The position numbers were made by a program, and so were the translations under genes. This document shows positions 51,215 to 60,719 of a stretch of DNA of 64,000 nt, in pieces (within the stretch, counting starts at the first letter, position 1; the number at the start of each line of letters is the position of its first letter). Below the pieces are notes generated by a model. That model was given only the letters and a program-made list of their open reading frames with translations, was not told where the DNA came from and made no database searches. The stretch is from a virus. The stretch spans positions 17,219 to 81,218 of IMG/VR virus record IMGVR_UViG_3300042485_001041; one strand, 5' to 3'.

Positions 51215-52950
51215 TGTCATTTCTTGATTTCAGCCCTCCATCGTATAGAGCGGCATCAAGCGACCTTACAATCTCAATCTCTCCACTCGGACTTGTAGAA
51301 CTTGCAGATGAAGAATTTGAAGTACACGGTCCCCGCCTAAACCGTTACTCACTTAACTGGGCGATGTACCTCGGTCATCACTGGGGTTACCGTCGTGAAC
51401 AAGGCGAAATGCAAATTGCGGTTAACTACTACCGCGCATTCAATGACTATCTTTCACGTTTTACATTTGGTAACGGTATACATTTTCGTTCACCTAAAGC
51501 AACAGAAGCAATTGTTCCAGACCGTTTAGAGCGTATCTGGGAAGTAGACAACGACAAGATGCGTGTTCTACTTGAGATCGGACAACAGGGCGGAATTACT
51601 GGCGACGTTTTTGTTAAGGTCGCATACGAAGAGCCATGGACAGACTCCGCAAACCATTTCCATCCTGGTCGTGTTCGCCTTCTTCCAATGAACTCATCTT
51701 TCTGTTTCCCTGAGTTCCACCCACACGATCGCACACGACTATTGCGTTTCAAGCAGAAGTATCGTTTCTGGGGAACATCCCTTGAAGGTACACGTCAAGT
51801 GTTTACCTATACTGAAATTCTTACAGATGACGTTATTGAAGAGTACGTCAACGATGAATTGATTGACTCTCGCCCAAATCCACTTGGTTTAATTCCAGTG
51901 GTACATATACCTAACGTTCCTGTTTCAGGATCTCCGTGGGGTCTCTCCGACGCACACGACATCATCACTATCAACCGTGCATATAACGAAATTAGCACTG
52001 ATGTCGCTGACATCATTAACTACCACGCATCACCTGTAACGGTAATCGTGGGTGCTAAAGCCTCTAACCTAGAAAAAGGCGCTAAGAAGGTTTGGGGCGG
52101 TCTTCCAAAAGATGCTCAGGTCTTCAACCTAGAAGGCGGTGCACAAGGTATTGACGGAGCCTTGAAGTACCTAGAACTATTAAAGCGCTCAATGCACGAA
52201 ATTATGAACATCCCAGAAACCGCACTGGGTCAAGTTCAAGCAATCTCTAACACTTCAGGTGTTGCTCTTTCTATTCAGTATCAGCCATTGATGAACCGTT
52301 ACTCACAAAAGGTAGCGCAGTACGGCAAGGGCATTGAACGAATTAACGAATTAGCACTTCGTACTCTGTTCTTAAAAGAACCAGAGACAATGTTTTACAA
52401 CCCAGACTTTGACGGCCCAATTAAAGAAGGCCAGTACCCACAACTTGATCCTAATGATCCAATCTCTTATCAGAACTACGCACATTTCCCAGCACCTCTA
52501 CCACTAGACAAGTTAATTGCTCTGAATGAAATTCAGACCAAACTGGGCATGGGTCTTGAGTCTAAGGAAGGCGCATTGCGTACCTTGGGCGAAGAGTTCC
52601 CAGAAGAGAAGTTGGAAGAGATTCGTCAAGAACTTATCTCAGATGCTCAGGCAGATGGCGCTCTACAACTTATCAAGATTCAGATTCAAAAACAGATTAT
52701 GGATATGACAGGCATGATGCCTGGGCCTGATGGGAACTCGGCTATCCCAATGCAGCCACAGCAACTAGGAGACGGCGACATTATGGGCGATGGAATGCTA
52801 GGGCCACAAGATCCTCAAAACCCAGAGAACGCAGAGAGCCAAGCAACTAAGGGCGCTGCAGTTCAGGGCGAAGCCGAGATCCGAAACAAACTTGTCACTG
52901 ATGCCTATGGAACAAAAATTCCACAAAGGAGAACAGTAGACAAGGAATAA
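51214..52950 (+). CDS. Portal protein (SPP1 gp6-like)
   Basis: Position and size; NPLG.IPVVHIPN...GLSD, N.SGVAL motifs. Confidence 0.88.
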   Translation: MSFLDFSPPSYRAASSDLTISISPLGLVELADEEFEVHGPRLNRYSLNWAMYLGHHWGYRREQGEMQIAVNYYRAFNDYLSRFTFGNGIHFRSPKATEAIVPDRLERIWEVDNDKMRVLLEIGQQGGITGDVFVKVAYEEPWTDSANHFHPGRVRLLPMNSSFCFPEFHPHDRTRLLRFKQKYRFWGTSLEGTRQVFTYTEILTDDVIEEYVNDELIDSRPNPLGLIPVVHIPNVPVSGSPWGLSDAHDIITINRAYNEISTDVADIINYHASPVTVIVGAKASNLEKGAKKVWGGLPKDAQVFNLEGGAQGIDGALKYLELLKRSMHEIMNIPETALGQVQAISNTSGVALSIQYQPLMNRYSQKVAQYGKGIERINELALRTLFLKEPETMFYNPDFDGPIKEGQYPQLDPNDPISYQNYAHFPAPLPLDKLIALNEIQTKLGMGLESKEGALRTLGEEFPEEKLEEIRQELISDAQADGALQLIKIQIQKQIMDMTGMMPGPDGNSAIPMQPQQLGDGDIMGDGMLGPQDPQNPENAESQATKGAAVQGEAEIRNKLVTDAYGTKIPQRRTVDKE

Positions 52951-53082
52951 TTAAAGTTTATTCAGTAAACTTTACGTTTACCGAGACATGCGCATTTAAA
53001 TGTAATGCAATTATCTCATAACAACCAAGTGGCAAGCCGCAAGGCATTCGGACAATTACCTAAGAAAGATAAGTGAATCACT

Positions 53083-53850
53083 ATGGATAATGAACAAGAA
53101 ATTCAGTTAGAAGTTGCGAATCAAGACCTGATTCCAGCAGCGACAGAAGTTTTCCAGAATGAGGTTTCATCTGTGTATACCGCAGACGATATGGCTAAGG
53201 CTCGTGAGCAAGAAAAAGCCAAGTTATACCCTCAGATGGAAAAAATGAAAGAAGAACTTTCGACCTTGAAGAAGGCTCGTGAGGAAGAAGCAGCACGCCA
53301 AGCAGAAGCAAAAGCCAAGCGTGATGCTGAGAAAGCAGAAAAAGAAGCAAAGCGTAAAGCCGATGAGGAAAGTGAAATGTCCCTCAAGGAACTCCTCGCT
53401 AAGAAGGAGCAAGAATTTCAGTCTCAGTTAGATGCTGAACGTCTTGAGAGAGAAAAGGCTTTTGCACTTCTCGATAGAGAACGTCAGTTCCAAGAATTAA
53501 TGAACTATCGTCAAGGCCGACTAGAACAAGAACGTGACAGTATTGTTCCTGAACTAATCGACTTGATTCAAGGTAATTCACAAGAAGAAGTAGAGCAGAG
53601 TATTTCAATGCTTAAAGAGAAATCAGCAAGCATCCTGCAATCTGCGCAAGCAGCAATGCAATCTGCAAAGCAACAAATGGCAGGTACACGTATTACGTCG
53701 CCTGCATCAGGACCCCTCGATAATGATCCGTCACAACAATCGTATACACCCGATTCAATTCGGGACATGTCATTGGCAGACTATGCGAAACAACGCGCCA
53801 AGTTACTTGGCAACGCAGCATCAAATAGAGGCCAGGGTCTTTTCGGTTAA
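53083..53850 (+). CDS. Capsid scaffolding protein
   Basis: Charged coiled coil between portal and capsid; MSLADYAKQR C-terminus. Confidence 0.8.
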   Translation: MDNEQEIQLEVANQDLIPAATEVFQNEVSSVYTADDMAKAREQEKAKLYPQMEKMKEELSTLKKAREEEAARQAEAKAKRDAEKAEKEAKRKADEESEMSLKELLAKKEQEFQSQLDAERLEREKAFALLDRERQFQELMNYRQGRLEQERDSIVPELIDLIQGNSQEEVEQSISMLKEKSASILQSAQAAMQSAKQQMAGTRITSPASGPLDNDPSQQSYTPDSIRDMSLADYAKQRAKLLGNAASNRGQGLFG

Positions 53851-53884
53851 AACCCTCAACCAACTAAAGAAAGGACTGCCCTAA

Positions 53885-55012
53885 ATGGCGTCTGCAATTA
53901 CAGGCACTGGCCAACTCGCTGGTGCACCTACAGCCTACTCAGGCTCGAACTCAAGCCTTAACCAGGCTATTCAAACAATCTGGTCAAAAGAAATTTTGTT
54001 CCAGGCAATGCCAATCCTTCGTTTCGAACAGTTCGCAGTTAAGAAGACTGAACTAGGAGTTGCTCCTGGTCTTCGCGTTAACTTCCTTCGTTACAAGAAC
54101 TTTGCTGTTGATCCGTCACCTCTTACAGAAGGTGTACGTATGACAACAAACGCTCTAACAGCAGAACAGATTGCAATCACAGTTGCTGAACACGGCTACG
54201 CAGTAGCAGTTTCAGAACTACTTTTGAATGCATCATTCGACGATGTTATGGCATCTGCCTCACGTCTTCTAGGTCGCCACATGGCACAATACCTAGATGT
54301 ACAGGCTCGCAACACACTATCAGCAGCAACATCAGCAGTGTTCGGTTACGACCGTACAGGCGTACAAGGTGTTAATGACTGGTACAACGAAGGTACAGCA
54401 GCAACACAGATCTCAGACCTAGATGGTAACTTCAAGTTGTCAACTGGTGCTGTAAAGGATGCTGCTCTTACTCTTGCTGGCAAGAACATCCCTCGCTTAG
54501 GTGAGACATACGTACAATTCGTACACCCAAAGCAGTCACGTGACATTCGTTCGAACCCAGAGTTCATCGAAGTTACAAAGTACGCTGCTCCAGGTAACTT
54601 CATGCTAGGTGAAATCGGTCGTCTATACGACGTAGTATTCATCGAAACAACACAGGTTAAGAAGTTGGCAGTTAACGCTGCATACACAACTTCAACATCT
54701 GTTGGTGTTCCAGCAGATCAATACAGCATTCCTGTTAAGGCTAACACAGCCCCAGGTAATGGTGGAAACCCAGAGTCTGCAGATTTCACTGCAGAAAAGG
54801 GTTACCTAACAACAGCAACTGGTAACGGTGCTGAAGTTTACGAATCAATCATGATTGGTGACAATGCATTTGGTCACGCAATCTCTCTCCCAGTTGAACT
54901 TCGCGATGGTGGCGTTCTTGACTTCGGTCGTGAGCACGCTCTTGCTTGGTACGCAATTTGGGGTCTAGGCGTAATCACAGATCAAGCAATTGTGAAGGTT
55001 TACACCAACTAA
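53885..55012 (+). CDS. Major capsid protein (N4-gp56-like)
   Basis: LTEG, EHG, VHP, GEIG..Y.V.F.ET, DFGR....AWY motifs. Confidence 0.92.
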   Translation: MASAITGTGQLAGAPTAYSGSNSSLNQAIQTIWSKEILFQAMPILRFEQFAVKKTELGVAPGLRVNFLRYKNFAVDPSPLTEGVRMTTNALTAEQIAITVAEHGYAVAVSELLLNASFDDVMASASRLLGRHMAQYLDVQARNTLSAATSAVFGYDRTGVQGVNDWYNEGTAATQISDLDGNFKLSTGAVKDAALTLAGKNIPRLGETYVQFVHPKQSRDIRSNPEFIEVTKYAAPGNFMLGEIGRLYDVVFIETTQVKKLAVNAAYTTSTSVGVPADQYSIPVKANTAPGNGGNPESADFTAEKGYLTTATGNGAEVYESIMIGDNAFGHAISLPVELRDGGVLDFGREHALAWYAIWGLGVITDQAIVKVYTN

Positions 55013-55028
55013 TAGTTTTACCCGATGA

Positions 55029-55059
55029 CTGGGGGCCCTACTCCTTCCTGGGCCCCCAG
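55029..55059 (+). terminator. GC-rich hairpin after the capsid gene
   Basis: CTGGGGGCCC-11 nt-GGGCCCCCAG. Confidence 0.65.
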
Positions 55060-55094
55060 ACATCACTAATACCTAACTTAGGAGAATAAACACC

Positions 55095-55466
55095 GTGGCA
55101 AATAAACCAACAAGTCCGCTCGACGCAACAGGCCTAGCAGCGGAAAGAGCAACAAAGAAGAACGCAGCAGAACTACAAAAGCGAAAAGATGAAATTTCTA
55201 TCGCTGCACAGATTGAGGTAGAGAGCCTGGAACGGGATGTCTTTGATCCTAAGAAACCAGATGCTCCTCTAGTTCTAGACGAGATCGAAAATGTCGGAGT
55301 TTCAACTGCAGGTGACATGGTTGTTATCCGCACGATCACAGACATTGAAGACATGACATATGGAGTTGGTAACTCTTACACCTTTAAAGCAGGTGTTAAG
55401 TACCGTGTTCCGTCAGGTCTTGCCGCTTACCTAGAACAACTTGGATATATTTGGCGGCCAAACTAA
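55095..55466 (+). CDS. Hypothetical head-associated protein
   Basis: RBS AGGAG; follows the capsid gene. Confidence 0.7.
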   Translation: MANKPTSPLDATGLAAERATKKNAAELQKRKDEISIAAQIEVESLERDVFDPKKPDAPLVLDEIENVGVSTAGDMVVIRTITDIEDMTYGVGNSYTFKAGVKYRVPSGLAAYLEQLGYIWRPN

Positions 55467-55478
55467 GCCGTCAGCAGT

Positions 55479-55540
55479 AGTCCGTCCCTCAACTGGTTCC
55501 CGCCCTCCTCCCAGTTGAGGGGTCGGACCCTTTTCTTTTT
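55479..55540 (+). terminator. Intrinsic terminator
   Basis: GTCCG-t-CCCTCAACTGG...CCAGTTGAGGG-gt-CGGAC followed by a T tract. Confidence 0.75.
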
Positions 55541-55599
55541 GTGCTGAATTAAGAGCAATTACACGAGATGATTGCTCTTAGTATTTTTACGGAGGTTAC

Positions 55600-56658
55600 G
55601 TGGCTAACATCTCAAGTCTTGCCGACAGACTGCGGTCTGAGATTGGCGACATTGGCAAGTCTTTTGTTTACCAATTTACAACTGATGGAACCACTAACCG
55701 TTTCTTTGTCCCGTACTCCCCTTTAGATGGTCTCAACTTAGTTGTAAACGTAGATGGGGAGGATGTATCGGATGCGGTAGAAGTAGAAGAGCAGACTGGC
55801 TTTATTGTTCTTGATGACACTCCTGCTGTAGATCTAAACGTAATTGTGGCGGGTAACTACTACCGTTACTTTACCAACTCTGAAGTATGTCAGTTTGTAA
55901 GTGATGCTTTTGAACAACACTCAACTTTTCACACAGATGCTTACGGTAGAGCAATGACTATTACTACCCTGCCTTCAGTAGAAGAATACCCAGTACTTGT
56001 GTACGCATCCACACTTGCGATGTATACCTTGGCTACAGATGCCTCGTTTGACATTGACATTACAGCGCCAGACGGAGTAATGATCCCTCGCTCTGAGCGC
56101 TATCGCCAGTTAATGCAGATGATTGATGTCCGAAAGAATCAATACAAGGAACTCTGCTCACAACTTGGTATTGGTCTGTACAAGATAGATGTATTTTCTT
56201 TGCGCCGTATTTCAAAGACTACAAACGAATACGTGCCAATTTATCAGCCACAAGAAATTGATGATAAGTCAACTAAGACTAGAGTTCGTCTACCTATTCC
56301 AACCTATGGAAATGTTAAAACAACTCCAACAACGGTTGTTCAAGACCTCAGTATCTACGAAGGCGATGCATACGAATTTTCTATTCGTTTAGACTTTGAA
56401 GTTAACAACTTAACTCCGTTGGCACAAATTAGAGTACTGCCAGGTGCAGCCTATGTAGTCACTGAATTTACTGTGACAAAACCAGACATTACTGAAGATG
56501 GCGATAATCAACGCACATTAGTTCTATCTTTAACAGGAGATCAAACTCGTTTACTTCCTGGTAAGTCTTACTATGACGTACAATTAACAGACGCAGAAGG
56601 CGTAACTAATACTTACGTCTCTGGAATAATCTTCGTTACAAAAGAGGTAAGCCAATGA
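55600..56658 (+). CDS. Putative head-tail adaptor/neck protein with Ig-like C-terminal domain
   Basis: LRSEIGD start; C-terminal LSLT..QT..L....YYDVQL..SG. Confidence 0.6.
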   Translation: MANISSLADRLRSEIGDIGKSFVYQFTTDGTTNRFFVPYSPLDGLNLVVNVDGEDVSDAVEVEEQTGFIVLDDTPAVDLNVIVAGNYYRYFTNSEVCQFVSDAFEQHSTFHTDAYGRAMTITTLPSVEEYPVLVYASTLAMYTLATDASFDIDITAPDGVMIPRSERYRQLMQMIDVRKNQYKELCSQLGIGLYKIDVFSLRRISKTTNEYVPIYQPQEIDDKSTKTRVRLPIPTYGNVKTTPTTVVQDLSIYEGDAYEFSIRLDFEVNNLTPLAQIRVLPGAAYVVTEFTVTKPDITEDGDNQRTLVLSLTGDQTRLLPGKSYYDVQLTDAEGVTNTYVSGIIFVTKEVSQ

Positions 56659-57251
56659 GCCCAAGCCAATACACACGTCCAGGGTCTGCCACTGTACCTA
56701 TTGCAGTTAACAACGTCGTTTTAATCACCACCCCAGAAGGTACAACTCATGCTTCTGGTTGTGGTTGTGGTTCTTGTTCTGGTGATGGGGGAGCCGTCAC
56801 AGGTGCTCAAGGTACACAGGGTGTTAGAGGCGCACAAGGATTACAAGGAGTTCAAGGTACACAAGGAATTGGTACTCAAGGTACCCAAGGAACTATCGGT
56901 ACTGCAACTCAAGGTACCCAAGGTACAACTGGTACTGCGACTCAAGGAACCCAAGGAACTATCGGTGTTCAAGGTGCGGACGGTATTGCCAGCGCTACCC
57001 TCGATAGCACTGATGACCTTACTGAAGGCACTACAAATAGGTACTTTACAGTTGGACGTGTCTCATATGAACACACTCAAGGAGCCGCCAGTGCTTCTTG
57101 GGCGATCACTCATAATTTAGGCTTTAAGCCTAACGTTACAGTTGTAGACTCTGCTGGTAACATTGTTGAAGGTGAAATTGCGTACACTAATTCGAACTCA
57201 TTAACGGTCTCCTTTCAATCCGCTTTCTCAGGTTATGCCTACATATCTTAA
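56655..57251 (+). CDS. Short collagen-like virion protein
   Basis: GxQ repeats; W.ITHNLG..PNVTVVD. Confidence 0.75.
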   Translation: MSPSQYTRPGSATVPIAVNNVVLITTPEGTTHASGCGCGSCSGDGGAVTGAQGTQGVRGAQGLQGVQGTQGIGTQGTQGTIGTATQGTQGTTGTATQGTQGTIGVQGADGIASATLDSTDDLTEGTTNRYFTVGRVSYEHTQGAASASWAITHNLGFKPNVTVVDSAGNIVEGEIAYTNSNSLTVSFQSAFSGYAYIS

Positions 57252-57263
57252 AGGAGATAGACC

Positions 57264-60200
57264 GTGGCCCGTAAGTTTTTAACCCCAATTGATTTAGGCA
57301 AACTTGAACTTCAAAATGCCCGTATTCAGAATCTCGCTACAGTCAGTAAGCCAGCCAACCCAGTCGAAGGTCAGATTTACTATGACACTGACGATAAGGT
57401 TGTAAAGACATGGAACGGCACTGCGTGGATTAACGCAAGCCAAGGAACCCAAGGAACTACTGGTGCACAGGGTACGCAGGGTACTGCTGGTGCACAGGGT
57501 CTTGATGGCTCTAACGGTACGCAAGGTACCGAAGGAACGCAGGGCACCGAAGGTGCTCAAGGCACTGTTGGTTCTCAGGGAACTGAAGGAGCGCAAGGTA
57601 CAGACGGTGCTCAAGGTCTTGATGGTTCTAACGGAACTCAAGGTACTGAAGGTGCTCAAGGCACCGAAGGTACACAGGGTACAGAGGGTGCTCAAGGCAT
57701 TGAAGGCGCACAAGGCATTGAAGGCGCACAAGGTATTGAGGGTGCACAAGGTATTGAGGGTGCACAAGGTATTGAGGGTGCACAAGGTTTAGAAGGATCG
57801 CAAGGTCTACAAGGTGCTGAAGGTAACTTCGGTGGTATCACAGTTGTTTACAACTACGATGATACTACAACAGTCGCAGACCCAGGCGACAACAATGCTC
57901 GTTTTAACAATGCTAACCCAACTCTAGTTTCACACCTTGCACTGGACGACAATCCTGCTGATGGTAACTATGACGTCTCTAACTTCTTAACAACTATTGA
58001 TGATTCAACATCTACCATCAAGGGTCACGTAAAGGTTTCTAGAAAATTTGATACTGCTACTTTTGCCCTTTACACAATTTCTGGTGTTACAGATAGCACT
58101 GGTTGGTTTGATGTAGAAGTTGCTTACGTATCTGGTCAAGGAGCATTTACTGACGGAGAAGAAATTCTCTTTACATTTGCTCGTACAGGTGATGTTGGTG
58201 CTCAAGGTACACAGGGTACTGTTGGTGCACAAGGAACTGAAGGCTCTACAGGAGCGCAGGGTACAGACGGCTCTACTGGTGCTCAGGGAACTACAGGAGC
58301 GCAAGGTACTGTTGGTTCACAAGGAACTACAGGAGCCCAAGGTACTGAAGGTACAGATGCACTTTGGAACTTTACTGGCGCTTATAGTGGTGGTGCCTCC
58401 TACGCAGTTGGCGACGTAGCAACTTACGAAGGACAGACTTGGTACCGTGTAGGTGCTAATGGTGGTAACACTGGAGACACTCCTTCACCTGGATTCTGGA
58501 CATTAATTGCAGCACAAGGTTCTCAAGGCACGACTGGTTCTCAAGGAACTGAAGGTACGCAAGGTACTGAAGGAGCCCAAGGCACAGAAGGTGCACAGGG
58601 AACTCAAGGAACTGATGGAACTCAAGGAGTCCAAGGATCTGAAGGAACTCAGGGCACACAGGGAACTGAAGGTACTCAAGGCGTACAAGGCTCTGAAGGT
58701 ACACAGGGAACTCAGGGAGCAGAAGGCGCTCAAGGAACTCAAGGTACTGAGGGAGCGCAAGGTACTGAAGGTACCCAAGGTGCTGTTGGTGCTGAAGGTT
58801 CATTCGGCGGTGTAACTGTTGAGTACGTATTCAGTACTAACACTGCAATGGCTGACCCAGGACAAGGGTTCATTCGCCTAAACGATGCCTCTAACAACGG
58901 TGCAACAGCCTTTGCTATTGACACACACGATGTTGATAACACAAACATTGCTTCTTATCTTCAAACTATTGATGACTCTACCTCAACCATTAAGGGTCAC
59001 TTAAAGATATCTCGTAAGTTTGACCCATCTGTCTTTACTCTTTACGCAATTAACTCAATGGTTAATCAATCTGGATGGTTTGAACTAAACATTACAGAAC
59101 TATCTTTCGGTGGAGTTATAGGTAATAACGATGAAGTATTAATTACTTTTGCTCGTACTGGTGACATCGGTGCTCAAGGAACCCAAGGTACTGAAGGTAC
59201 TCAAGGCGTTCAAGGTACTGTAGGTTCACAAGGTACTCAAGGAACACTCGGAGCCCAAGGAACTCAAGGCACCGAAGGTGCTCAGGGTATCGAAGGCGTA
59301 CAGGGTGTACAAGGATCTGAGGGTACGCAAGGCGTACAGGGATCTGAAGGTACACAGGGTACTGAAGGATCTCAAGGTACAGAGGGTGCTCAAGGAACAC
59401 TAGGAGCAACTGGAACTGGTTTTGTTTACTTAGGTAACTACATAAGTGGAAACGGCTACAGCAGCGGAATTGCTGTTGTATCTGGCTCTGACGGAAACCT
59501 ATACATCGCAACTTCAAACGGCGAACTAGGTGATCCAGTTAGCACCCCTGCTGATTGGGACCTCTACTTACCTAAAGGTATCCAAGGAACAGTTGGTTCA
59601 CAAGGTACTGAAGGAACTCAAGGTATCGAAGGCGCACAGGGCACTGAGGGAACTCAAGGAACTGTTGGTTCTCAAGGTACTGAGGGAACTCAAGGAACCG
59701 AAGGATCTCAAGGTACTGAAGGATCTCAGGGAACTGAAGGCGCTCAAGGTATCGAAGGTGCTCAAGGTACTGAGGGACACTCAGACCGCTACAAGACAAC
59801 TTCTTCAACCTCACGTGCAATTGCGGTAGCAAACAACGTAAGTTTTGTATTAGCAGATGCTGATCTCTCATACTCAGTAGGTCAGGACGTAGTAGTTGCT
59901 TACGATGTAAACAACAACATGTCTGCAACTGTAGTAAGTTACACAGCAGGAACTAACACACTCGTTGTAGACGTCAATGACGTTATAGGTTCAGGAACAT
60001 TTGCTTCTTGGTCAATCAACCTAGATGGTGCTACTGGTGTACAAGGTACAACTGGTGCCCAAGGCGTACAAGGTACTGTAGGAGCCCAAGGTACTGTCGG
60101 AACTCAAGGTACTGTAGGAGCCCAAGGAACTGAGGGTGCACAGGGTACTGAAGGTACACAGGGAACCCTTGGTGCTCAAGGAACCGAAGGTGCTCAAGGT

Positions 60201-60452
60201 ACCTCTGGTCAACTTGGAACTTACGCAACAACTATTACTGGAACTTCTACAGACGGTGGAGCAACTGGAACTACACAGTTCACAGTCACACACGCTCTTG
60301 GAACTACAGACATCATGGTTACAGTCTGGGACACCACATCAAAGGCCGAAGTTGTAACTGACGTTGTGTACGTAACAACATCTACAGTCACAGTCGGATT
60401 TGCAGTAGCCCCAGTTACAACTCAGGCATACAGAGTAGTAGTCAAGGCTTAA
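57264..60452 (+). CDS. Collagen-like tail fibre protein
   Basis: Extensive GTQ/GAQ/GTE triplets interrupted by globular domains. Confidence 0.85.
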   Translation: MARKFLTPIDLGKLELQNARIQNLATVSKPANPVEGQIYYDTDDKVVKTWNGTAWINASQGTQGTTGAQGTQGTAGAQGLDGSNGTQGTEGTQGTEGAQGTVGSQGTEGAQGTDGAQGLDGSNGTQGTEGAQGTEGTQGTEGAQGIEGAQGIEGAQGIEGAQGIEGAQGIEGAQGLEGSQGLQGAEGNFGGITVVYNYDDTTTVADPGDNNARFNNANPTLVSHLALDDNPADGNYDVSNFLTTIDDSTSTIKGHVKVSRKFDTATFALYTISGVTDSTGWFDVEVAYVSGQGAFTDGEEILFTFARTGDVGAQGTQGTVGAQGTEGSTGAQGTDGSTGAQGTTGAQGTVGSQGTTGAQGTEGTDALWNFTGAYSGGASYAVGDVATYEGQTWYRVGANGGNTGDTPSPGFWTLIAAQGSQGTTGSQGTEGTQGTEGAQGTEGAQGTQGTDGTQGVQGSEGTQGTQGTEGTQGVQGSEGTQGTQGAEGAQGTQGTEGAQGTEGTQGAVGAEGSFGGVTVEYVFSTNTAMADPGQGFIRLNDASNNGATAFAIDTHDVDNTNIASYLQTIDDSTSTIKGHLKISRKFDPSVFTLYAINSMVNQSGWFELNITELSFGGVIGNNDEVLITFARTGDIGAQGTQGTEGTQGVQGTVGSQGTQGTLGAQGTQGTEGAQGIEGVQGVQGSEGTQGVQGSEGTQGTEGSQGTEGAQGTLGATGTGFVYLGNYISGNGYSSGIAVVSGSDGNLYIATSNGELGDPVSTPADWDLYLPKGIQGTVGSQGTEGTQGIEGAQGTEGTQGTVGSQGTEGTQGTEGSQGTEGSQGTEGAQGIEGAQGTEGHSDRYKTTSSTSRAIAVANNVSFVLADADLSYSVGQDVVVAYDVNNNMSATVVSYTAGTNTLVVDVNDVIGSGTFASWSINLDGATGVQGTTGAQGVQGTVGAQGTVGTQGTVGAQGTEGAQGTEGTQGTLGAQGTEGAQGTSGQLGTYATTITGTSTDGGATGTTQFTVTHALGTTDIMVTVWDTTSKAEVVTDVVYVTTSTVTVGFAVAPVTTQAYRVVVKA

Positions 60453-60455
60453 TAT

Positions 60456-60719
60456 ATGAGCAGAAAAGCACTCGTCCCTATCAACGTACTGTCCAGTGGT
60501 GTACAGCCAACTGGACGGTACGATGGTGACGTCTACTTTAATTCTCTTAGCCAAAGTTTCTTTGTTTATAACGGAGTTACTTGGTTAGAATTTTTGCCGA
60601 ATATTCAACCAGTAACAGAAGACGGTGGCGTTGTAGGTTCTGCACAGACAAGTGATCTTGACGGTGGAGCACCAGCAACAACTGACTTTGAAACAATCTT
60701 CGATGGAGGAAACGCTTAA
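60456..60719 (+). CDS. Small fibre-associated protein
   Basis: P....GDVYFN.....VYNG..W; DGG repeats. Confidence 0.7.
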   Translation: MSRKALVPINVLSSGVQPTGRYDGDVYFNSLSQSFFVYNGVTWLEFLPNIQPVTEDGGVVGSAQTSDLDGGAPATTDFETIFDGGNA

